Positions 18,317 through 25,191 are shown, numbered from the stretch's first letter. The stretch is 28,040 nt of DNA from an uncultured Oscillospiraceae bacterium (GCA_964512935.1 CAZEKU010000003.1:1-28040), one strand, 5' to 3'. Notes: generated by a model from the letters alone, not told the origin. Numbers and translations: made by a program.

Positions 18317-19726
18317 ATGGAAAAAACGCGCAGATTTTTATCATTTGATTTGAAGCAATGGCTTATCACATTGGCAGCCGTTGCACTTGTGGTGGTTGGC
18401 CGCTTTGTTTCGCCAATCAGTGCTTTGAGCCCTGAGGGCAATACAGCATTGTTCTTTATGCTCGCACTTGTTCTTTTTCTTCTTACAAACACTATCCCCG
18501 TAGGTCTTATTGCAGTTTGTGCTATAACATTCCTCCCTGTATTGGGTCTTACCGAAAGCCTTGATGTTGCAGCGGGAATGTTCGGCAATACTATGTTCTG
18601 GTTCAGCCTTGCATGTTTTGCAATTGCCTCTGTTATGACAACCCTTCCGCTTTCAAAGCGTATTTCCCTTGTCATACTTAAAATAGCTCCGAAGAACATA
18701 ACCGGTGTTGTTTCCGCACTTTTTGTTGCAACTGCACTTCTTTCCGCATTTATGTCCAACTTCTCCGCATCCATAATCCTTATTGTTATTGCAAAGCAAT
18801 TCCTTGAGATTTATGACACCGAAGAAGATAAACAAAAATCCAAAGGCTCCCTTTTCATTTCAATTGTTATGGGCGCAGCCATCGGCGGAATTATAACTCC
18901 TATGGGCTCCGGCTGTATGGTTATCGCAAAACAGTTCCTTGAGGGCGCCGGCTATTCCGTAAGCTTTGTTCAGTGGATCGCTTTCGTTCTTCACGTTGCA
19001 ATAGTTATGTTCATTGAAACACTTTTCGTTCTCACTCATTTCCTCAAACCCGTTCCTCTTTCCAAAGAGAAAATCAACAGCTATATAGTTTCTCTCGAAG
19101 CTTCTCTTCCTAAAAAATGGAGCACTCAGGAGATTCTTGCAGCAATTATCCTTGTTATAACCCTTGTTTGCTGGTTCCTTAACTTCAATATGATTCTTGT
19201 TGCACTTCTTTGCACCGTTCTTCTTCTCTTCCCCGGATTTGGAATACTCAACTGGAAAGATTTCGAAAAAGACACCGGCTGGGGTACTGTAATGCTTATC
19301 CCCGCTCTCATGGTAGTTGTAACTATACTCAATCAGCAGGGCGTACTTACCTGGCTTGTTGATGCTATCGTAAGCATTATTCCTCAGAACGCATCCGCTG
19401 CACTTATCATTTCCATCTTCGGAGTTTTCATTGCTGCAATTCTTATAGTAATGCCCTCCGGTCCCGTTCTTACAACTGTTATGGTTCCGATTATGATTTC
19501 CCTTGGTGCACAGGTTGGAGCGCATCCCGTTGCACTTGCTCTTTCCGTTGCATTCTTCACCACCTTTGGATTTATTATTCCTACCGAAACAGTTGCACTT
19601 ATGGTCTCCGACGGCGGCAAAAACTTCTCGAGCAAGGATCTTCCGAAAATCGGACTTCCTGTTTCGATTGTTGCAATTATCGCTTGCGCAATTTGGCTTC
19701 CTATCTGCACCGGAATTCTTTTCTGA
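18317..19726 (+). CDS. SLC13/DASS-family (IT superfamily) transporter
   Basis: ATG follows GAAAGGAG. Many TM helices; LSAFMSN, GGIITPMGSG, HPVALAL...FGFIIP and SSKDLPKIGL match the DASS layout. Confidence 0.85.
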   Translation: MEKTRRFLSFDLKQWLITLAAVALVVVGRFVSPISALSPEGNTALFFMLALVLFLLTNTIPVGLIAVCAITFLPVLGLTESLDVAAGMFGNTMFWFSLACFAIASVMTTLPLSKRISLVILKIAPKNITGVVSALFVATALLSAFMSNFSASIILIVIAKQFLEIYDTEEDKQKSKGSLFISIVMGAAIGGIITPMGSGCMVIAKQFLEGAGYSVSFVQWIAFVLHVAIVMFIETLFVLTHFLKPVPLSKEKINSYIVSLEASLPKKWSTQEILAAIILVITLVCWFLNFNMILVALLCTVLLLFPGFGILNWKDFEKDTGWGTVMLIPALMVVVTILNQQGVLTWLVDAIVSIIPQNASAALIISIFGVFIAAILIVMPSGPVLTTVMVPIMISLGAQVGAHPVALALSVAFFTTFGFIIPTETVALMVSDGGKNFSSKDLPKIGLPVSIVAIIACAIWLPICTGILF

Positions 19727-19737
19727 TATTTCCGAGG

Positions 19738-19766
19738 TTGAAATAAAATTCATTTTGGTCTATAAT
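19738..19766 (+). promoter_or_regulatory. Sigma-A promoter upstream of the TetR gene
   Basis: TTGAAA-17-TATAAT. Confidence 0.65.
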
Positions 19767-19768
19767 AA

Positions 19769-19812
19769 AAAGGCGGGGAGTTTTTTCTCCTCGCCTTTAA
19801 TTTTTCTTTTAA
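19769..19812 (+). terminator. Intrinsic terminator after the DASS gene
   Basis: 12-bp stem AAAGGCGGGGAG/CTCCTCGCCTTT (one G-U pair) followed by AATTTTTCTTTT. Confidence 0.7.
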
Positions 19813-19824
19813 GAGGTACCTAAG

Positions 19825-20541
19825 TTGAGCCAAGCTAAAATCACACAAAAGCGTGATATCTCCACAAGAGAGCGTGTCATCGACGAAGCTGCAAAGCTTT
19901 TTTATTTAAATGGATATAGAGAGACCACCATGCGTTCGCTTGCATCCGCTGTTGGAATCCGCCACCCATCTCTGTTTTCTCTTTTTGAAAACAAAAGCGC
20001 CATAGCCGCCCATTTATTGCGCAGATATTTTCGCGGAATACAGTTTTACACCCAAAAAATTCAGGATGAAATTAACGAAAGACATAGCCGCACGGAAAAT
20101 CTTTTGATTTTCTATGCCCTCAACTGTCTTATGAATTCAAAGGACGACCGTTTTACCTATTTCTATTCATCTTTCTATGCGGAAGATCCCGACAGAGTTG
20201 ATGAAATAGCTGTTTCACTTCATCTTCTTTATGAAGATTCTGAGAAAGATTCGAATATGGTCGAAAGATCCATTGATGATATGATCCGCAAGCTTGATTA
20301 TCAGCTTTTCTCCCATATTGTAGAAATGCTTATCAATCAGCAGCTTGAACATTCAATCACTGCTAAAGAGGCTGCAATTTATTTTGCCGCAAAGAAAATC
20401 GACTGCTGTGACCCTCTTTGGAACCTTACTCTCGAAAATGTAATCGAATTTTATGATAAACATTGGGATAAAATAGAAAATCTCCACATAGATGTCTATA
20501 AAGACCTTTTGAATCAGCCCCGTTTCGATAATGAACTTTAA
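19825..20541 (+). CDS. TetR/AcrR-family transcriptional regulator
   Basis: N-terminal HTH: RERVIDEAAKLFYLNGYRETTMRSLASAVGIRHPSLFSLFENKSAI; TTG start after AAGAGG. Confidence 0.9.
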   Translation: MSQAKITQKRDISTRERVIDEAAKLFYLNGYRETTMRSLASAVGIRHPSLFSLFENKSAIAAHLLRRYFRGIQFYTQKIQDEINERHSRTENLLIFYALNCLMNSKDDRFTYFYSSFYAEDPDRVDEIAVSLHLLYEDSEKDSNMVERSIDDMIRKLDYQLFSHIVEMLINQQLEHSITAKEAAIYFAAKKIDCCDPLWNLTLENVIEFYDKHWDKIENLHIDVYKDLLNQPRFDNEL

Positions 20542-20548
20542 ACCGTTT

Positions 20549-20581
20549 AAAGCCCGCTGTCAATTTTGACAGCGGGCTTTT
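20549..20581 (+). terminator. Intrinsic terminator after TetR
   Basis: Perfect inverted repeat AAAGCCCGCTGTCAA / TTGACAGCGGGCTTT, followed by T residues. Confidence 0.88.
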
Positions 20582-20583
20582 AT

Positions 20584-20612
20584 TCATCTTTTGCCCATTT
20601 GAAGCATATATT
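20584..20612 (+). promoter_or_regulatory. Putative sigma-E promoter of spoIIP
   Basis: TCATCTT-14-CATATATT, compared with the B. subtilis sigma-E consensus TCATATT-14-CATACAAT. Confidence 0.55.
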
Positions 20613-20639
20613 TTACAAAAAAAGATGGAGCTTTAATTT

Positions 20640-21770
20640 ATGGACAAGAGAGCCTTTCGCAATATTTCAATCAAAAAATTAAGAACAAACCTCGTGCAGG
20701 GCATTATATTTTTCATCCGCACCGTTTTCGGAGTTTTCCTATGCTTTATAGGAATATATATGATTTTTTCAGCAACAAAAAACGGCTCGGATATGCTCTA
20801 TTATGCCCTTGCATTCGCATCCCCCGGTACGGCAATTGAATTTCTGCGTGAACCTTCTTTTGAAAACAGGGAGGAAATTTCAGTTTCCTCTCCGGAAAAA
20901 ATCGAAAGTACAGATGATTTTCTTCCTTTTGAAATAATTTTCCCGGAAATTCCCGAAATTTCCTATGATATTCCCGAAGAAAACCTCGGAAAAGTCAGTG
21001 AAATTCAGTATTCTCCATCGGAGGGCGGAGTTTATATTGCTTACGAAAACGCTATGATTAAAAACTGCACTAAGCATAGCTCCGATAAAATCAAAAAAAT
21101 GCTTGAAACAAAACATAATCTCTCTTTGAGCACCGAAAATTCCGCCGTGCTCATCTATCATACGCACGCTACCGAGGGCTATGAAAATTCCGACACAGGT
21201 TTTTTTGACACAAGCAAAACTTGGCGCAGCACCGACCCCGATAAAAATATGATCGCCGTAGGCGATGTAATAACAGCGGTGCTTTCGGAAAAGGGAATTT
21301 TTACAATTCATGACGGAACAATGCACGATGACCCAAGCTATAAGGGTTCATATCAGCGCAGCGCAGTTACAATTTCAAATCATCTTGAGGAAAACCCAGA
21401 TATCAAAGTCTGCCTTGATATTCACCGTGATGCAATTGAGCCATCCTCCTCGGAAATTATGAAACCCACCGCATTGATAAACGGAAAAAAGGCTGCGCAG
21501 ATAATGATAATCGCAGGCTGTGATGATGGAAGTATGAATATGCCCGATTATTGGGAAAATCTGCGCTTTGCGGCTGCAATTGCAAGCAAGCTTGAGGAAC
21601 TTTATCCCGGAATTTGCCGCCCGATTCTTTTCGATTACCGAAAATACAATATGGACCTTTCGCCGGGGCTTTTGCTTATTGAAATAGGCGCAACGGGAAA
21701 CACTCTTGAGGAGGCAAAATATTCCGCAGAGCTTTTGGGAAATGCGCTTGCAGAGCTTTTCGGTGAATAA
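20640..21770 (+). CDS. spoIIP: Stage II sporulation protein P (engulfment amidase/endopeptidase)
   Basis: N-terminal TM helix; VLIYHTHATEGY, LDIHRD and LLIEIGATGNTLEEAKYS catalytic motifs. Confidence 0.92.
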   Translation: MDKRAFRNISIKKLRTNLVQGIIFFIRTVFGVFLCFIGIYMIFSATKNGSDMLYYALAFASPGTAIEFLREPSFENREEISVSSPEKIESTDDFLPFEIIFPEIPEISYDIPEENLGKVSEIQYSPSEGGVYIAYENAMIKNCTKHSSDKIKKMLETKHNLSLSTENSAVLIYHTHATEGYENSDTGFFDTSKTWRSTDPDKNMIAVGDVITAVLSEKGIFTIHDGTMHDDPSYKGSYQRSAVTISNHLEENPDIKVCLDIHRDAIEPSSSEIMKPTALINGKKAAQIMIIAGCDDGSMNMPDYWENLRFAAAIASKLEELYPGICRPILFDYRKYNMDLSPGLLLIEIGATGNTLEEAKYSAELLGNALAELFGE

Positions 21771-21814
21771 ATTTCATAAAATCGCCAAAGCTTTTTATAA
21801 AGGAGGCGTTTTTT

Positions 21815-22108
21815 ATGAAAAATTTTGCAAGGAGCTTTTGCGGAGCCTTTTCGGTTATTTTACTTTTGCTTTTACTTATTTTTTCCTTTGAAATTATAAA
21901 CGAAATTGCTTTAAAAAGCGGATTTTCTTCGGGAAATGTGCTTTCTGCGGAATTTTCGGATGAGGTTTTTTGCATTGAAATTTTAGGTGAAAAACTCTTT
22001 GCGGATTTTTCCTTTGCAAAGGAGCTTTTTATAAAGCTAAAGCCCCTTGAATATTTTCTTCCGCCTTTTATAAGGCTCGGAATTTTTGCTTTTGAATTTA
22101 TATTATAA
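21815..22108 (+). CDS. Small hypothetical membrane protein downstream of spoIIP
   Basis: Strong RBS AAGGAGG; N-terminal hydrophobic helix; ends at a terminator. Confidence 0.7.
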   Translation: MKNFARSFCGAFSVILLLLLLIFSFEIINEIALKSGFSSGNVLSAEFSDEVFCIEILGEKLFADFSFAKELFIKLKPLEYFLPPFIRLGIFAFEFIL

Positions 22109-22134
22109 AAAAACCGCCTAAGGGCGGTTTTTTT
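22107..22134. terminator. Bidirectional intrinsic terminator
   Basis: AAAAAAA-CCGCC-TAAG-GGCGG-TTTTTTT between convergent stops. Confidence 0.88.
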
Positions 22135-23503
22135 AGCTTAAATATTCCATAGGGTCAAGGTTTTCACCGTTTTCGATAATTTCAAAATGAAGATGACTTC
22201 CGGTTGCATTTCCGGTTGCACCGCAGGTAGCTATAATTTCTCCCGCAGAAACATTTTCGCCCTCTTTCACAAAAATTTCCTCGCAATGTGCATAAAGGGT
22301 TTTCATACCGTTTTCGTGAGTTATTATGACGCAGTTTCCGTATTCGGTATGCTTTTCGGCATATTCTATCCTTCCTACCGCAGATGCGAAAATTTTCGTA
22401 ACGCCTCTTTCGCCTATGATATCAATTCCCTTGTGTCCTTGATATACACCAAATCCGCAGGACAGATTTTTGCTTTCAGAGGGCCAAATAAACTTCGTTT
22501 CTGTAAAAGAAGGCTCCTCGGGGGGAATATCTTTTATTCCGACGGGATTTTCCTCGGAAGTTTCCGCTCCGTATACCTTAGGCAATGTTCCGAAAGAGGT
22601 CATTAGAATAATAACAGCCAAAAGAATAAAAATTGTTCCGATAAGATTTTTTCTTTTATTTTTGATATTCATAATTGAAATCACCCTTTCTTCAAGGGAT
22701 GCTGCGCTGAAAAAGCTTATGGAAATACTCTCCCTTTCTGCAAAATCAAGCAGGGTATTTGTGTAAAAAGAGGCTTTTTCCTTTCCTAAAATTTTAAGCA
22801 CCCTTTCATCACAATAGCGCTCAATATCCCTATCGAATATTTTAACCGCTATCCACACCAAAGGGTTAAACCAGTTCAAAAAAAGTGCAATTTCCGCCAA
22901 GAGCTTTAAGAGCACATCCCTGTCTTTAATATGTATTTGCTCATGCAAAATTACAAGCGAAAGCTCCTTTTCGGATAGGTTTTCCGGAATTATTATTGTA
23001 GGCTTAAAAATACCAAAACTAAGGGGTGAAATAAGGCTTTTGCTCACATAAAACCTTGTTTTTTCGATTTTATATATCCTTGCAAGGTCATCGCATAAAA
23101 CCGAATTTTCCTTTAGCTTTTTTATTGCAGCAAAATGCTTTGATATGAAAAAAGCTGCTGTAAAAAAAGCACCTGTTCCCCATATAAAAATCAAAAACTC
23201 ATCGGTTTTGATTTTTAAAACCTCTGTTTCGTCATTAAAATAATTTTCATCATCGAAAAAAACATCGCTTTTTTCAGCAACAAAAATTTTCTCCGATGAA
23301 ATTTCTGCATTAAAACTTTTTTCGGGCGCATAAATGCTCATTGACGAAAAAATTTCAAAGGGCATTAAAAGCCTTATTATCACCGCAAGCCAAAGCATTA
23401 CAAAAACCTTTGCTAAAAGCTTTTCCTGAAAAATTTTGCGAATCAGCAGGATAAAAATAACGGCTACCGCTGCGGAAATATTTGCAAAAACAATTCCTTC
23501 CAT
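22133..23503 (-). CDS. BlaR1-like M56 metallopeptidase fused to a C-terminal M23 peptidase
   Basis: M56: RLLMP, SPLSFGIFKPTIIIP, HEQIH, WFNPLVW, ERYCDERV, LEERV. After a TM helix, M23: HKGID, YGNCVII-H, TLYAHC, GNATGSHLHFEI. Confidence 0.88.
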   Translation of the reverse strand: MEGIVFANISAAVAVIFILLIRKIFQEKLLAKVFVMLWLAVIIRLLMPFEIFSSMSIYAPEKSFNAEISSEKIFVAEKSDVFFDDENYFNDETEVLKIKTDEFLIFIWGTGAFFTAAFFISKHFAAIKKLKENSVLCDDLARIYKIEKTRFYVSKSLISPLSFGIFKPTIIIPENLSEKELSLVILHEQIHIKDRDVLLKLLAEIALFLNWFNPLVWIAVKIFDRDIERYCDERVLKILGKEKASFYTNTLLDFAERESISISFFSAASLEERVISIMNIKNKRKNLIGTIFILLAVIILMTSFGTLPKVYGAETSEENPVGIKDIPPEEPSFTETKFIWPSESKNLSCGFGVYQGHKGIDIIGERGVTKIFASAVGRIEYAEKHTEYGNCVIITHENGMKTLYAHCEEIFVKEGENVSAGEIIATCGATGNATGSHLHFEIIENGENLDPMEYLS

Positions 23504-23868
23504 TACTTTTTCTCCATATTTTTGACGGTTTCCCTTAGCTTTTTAATCTCATCCTCACCGATTTTTCCGTTTCCTATAAGAGCGGACATCAAAAGGTCCG
23601 GTGAGCCGTCAAAAAGTCGGTCGATAAGTTCAAAGGCCTCCGATTCTCTGACCTCGCTTTTAGTAACAGCTGCCTTACATAAAAAGCCCGGGTCTTTCCT
23701 TATAACAGCGCCCTTTTCAACACATTTTTTAATAACGGTGTATGTAGTTGTTTTACTCCAATTTATACTTTCCGAAAGAGCCGCGGCAATTTCTTTTGCG
23801 CTCATTTCGCCATTTTTCCAAAGGAGCTCCATAACACGCATTTCCGAAGAAAAAAGTTTTTCCGACAA
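23503..23868 (-). CDS. BlaI/MecI/CopY-family transcriptional repressor
   Basis: SEMRVMELLW...WSKTTTYTVIKKCVEKGAV...LIDRLFDGS. Likely TTG start at 23868 after GAGGTG; its stop overlaps the M56 start (TAATG). Confidence 0.92.
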   Translation of the reverse strand: MSEKLFSSEMRVMELLWKNGEMSAKEIAAALSESINWSKTTTYTVIKKCVEKGAVIRKDPGFLCKAAVTKSEVRESEAFELIDRLFDGSPDLLMSALIGNGKIGEDEIKKLRETVKNMEKK

Positions 23869-23883
23869 AGCTTTCACCTCTTG

Positions 23884-23928
23884 TTCTATTGCAGTAGAAT
23901 TCTACGGTTTCATTCTACTGCAATAGAA
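23884..23928. promoter_or_regulatory. Putative BlaI operator pair (perfect 17-bp inverted repeat, 11-nt spacer)
   Basis: TTCTATTGCAGTAGAAT (23884-23900) and ATTCTACTGCAATAGAA (23912-23928); each arm is itself a near-palindrome. Confidence 0.8.
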
Positions 23929-23940
23929 TATATTTGTCAA
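23912..23940 (-). promoter_or_regulatory. Sigma-A promoter of the blaI-M56/M23 operon
   Basis: TTGACA-17-TAGAAT on the minus strand; the -10 lies inside the distal operator arm. Confidence 0.8.
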
Positions 23941-23944
23941 GCAC

Positions 23945-24289
23945 CTATTTTTTCCTGAAAAGCTCTTTCAGACCTATAAAAAGCAAAAGCAGCGCAAAGC
24001 TACCTCTTAAAAGGGTTTTATCCAAATTTCCCGCTAAAAATGAGCCTAAAACAACTCCGGGAATACCGAAAATCGCTGCAACAGCTGCGGTTTTCCATTT
24101 TATAAAACCGTTTTTTATATGGAAGAAAACCGCAGTTATCGCTGTCGGAATAAAGAAAATAAGGTTTATTCCCTGAGCAAAAAGCTGATCGCTTTTTTCA
24201 AAAGCAGTCAGATAAAGCAGAAGTATTCCTCCGCCTCCGACACCGAGTCCGCTTGCAAAGCCTGCAAAAAATCCAATCAGCGTATCCAT
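23945..24289 (-). CDS. Half-size TauE/SafE (TSUP) family membrane protein
   Basis: GFFAGFASGLGVGGGGILL...AQGINL...IFFIP; ATG at 24289. Confidence 0.85.
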   Translation of the reverse strand: MDTLIGFFAGFASGLGVGGGGILLLYLTAFEKSDQLFAQGINLIFFIPTAITAVFFHIKNGFIKWKTAAVAAIFGIPGVVLGSFLAGNLDKTLLRGSFALLLLFIGLKELFRKK

Positions 24290-24651
24290 TCGAAAACAAT
24301 CCCCCAAAGAATTCTTACTGCGGAAAAGCTTACAAAGCCACCGAATATTTTTCTAAGCAGCTCCGGTTTTATTTTGTTAAAGCAAAGTGAGGATAAAAAT
24401 CCGCCTAAAATTCCTCCGGGAATAAATCCGAGGGCATCCGAAAACGCAAGTCTGCCCTCATAAAGATATATCAAAGCTGAGCAAAGCGAAAGAATGAGCA
24501 TGAGCAAAAGCGTTGTTGCCTGAGCCTCTTTTTGAGAAAGACCGCCTTTTTTAAGCAAGGGCACCGCAACAATTCCTCCACCCGACCCGAAAAGTCCGTT
24601 TAAAAATCCCGAAAGTGCGCCTACTAAAACCGCAGTTTTTTCCTTTTTCAT
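24277..24651 (-). CDS. Half-size TauE/SafE (TSUP) family membrane protein
   Basis: GALSGFLNGLFGSGGGIVAVP...QKEAQAT; ATG at 24651 after GGCGGTG; overlaps the next gene. Confidence 0.85.
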   Translation of the reverse strand: MKKEKTAVLVGALSGFLNGLFGSGGGIVAVPLLKKGGLSQKEAQATTLLLMLILSLCSALIYLYEGRLAFSDALGFIPGGILGGFLSSLCFNKIKPELLRKIFGGFVSFSAVRILWGIVFEWIR

Positions 24652-24681
24652 AAAAATCACCGCCAAATTAAAGCTTTTCGG

Positions 24682-24710
24682 GAATATTTTTTCCGTTTTT
24701 TCTAATAATA
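24682..24710 (+). promoter_or_regulatory. Putative sigma-G promoter of spoVAC-AD-AE
   Basis: GAATA-17-AATAATA; spoVA is a known sigma-G operon. Confidence 0.55.
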
Positions 24711-24713
24711 AAC
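24685..24713 (-). promoter_or_regulatory. Putative sigma-F/G promoter of the TauE pair
   Basis: GTTTA-14-GGAAAAAATA, compared with the sigma-F consensus GYWTA-15-GGnnAnAnTA (spacer 1 nt short). Confidence 0.4.
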
Positions 24714-24738
24714 CCAAAAAACAAAAGGAGTCTTAAAA

Positions 24739-25176
24739 ATGTCCTATTCTCCGAATGAATATAAAAAACTCAGCGAAAAGGCTGTTCCAAAAACAAAATC
24801 CCTGCGAAATTTAAGCGGAGCATTTTTAATCGGCGGCACAATTTGCGTTTTAGGTCAGCTCGTGCTCAACTTTTATTTGAGCACGGGTTTGAGCACGCCC
24901 GATGCCTCCGCCCTGTGCTCAATTACCCTTGTGGGATTTTCCGCAATTTTAACAGGCCTTGGAATTTATGATAATATTGCAAAATTCGGCGGAGGCGGAA
25001 CTCTTGTTCCCATAACAGGTTTCGCAAACGCTGTGGTAGCGCCTGCTATGGATTTTAAAAGCGAGGGCTTCGTGCTCGGACTTGGTGTAAAGATTTTTAC
25101 AATAGCTGGGCCGGTTATTGTATACGGCGTTTTTGCATCGTTTTTATATGGTTTGATTTATTATTTTATAAGATAG
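24739..25176 (+). CDS. spoVAC: Stage V sporulation protein AC
   Basis: AFLIGGTICVLGQ...GIYDNIAKFGGGGTLVPITGFANAVVAPAMDFKSEGFVLGLG-KIFTIAGPVIVYG. Confidence 0.95.
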   Translation: MSYSPNEYKKLSEKAVPKTKSLRNLSGAFLIGGTICVLGQLVLNFYLSTGLSTPDASALCSITLVGFSAILTGLGIYDNIAKFGGGGTLVPITGFANAVVAPAMDFKSEGFVLGLGVKIFTIAGPVIVYGVFASFLYGLIYYFIR

Positions 25177-25191
25177 CCCGAGGTGATTTTT

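Noticed and set aside
17839-19753. Long minus-strand ORFs (311 aa and 297 aa) opposite the membrane protein and DASS genes
   Set aside because: Antisense shadows of hydrophobic coding sequence; no RBS or recognisable motifs.
15431-20581. Accessory module as a mobile element or genomic island with att sites
   Set aside because: No integrase, transposase, tRNA or flanking direct repeats visible.
257-24921. GTGCTCA repeats as a CRISPR array or REP element
   Set aside because: Copies are 7-10 bp, irregularly spaced and all within coding sequence.
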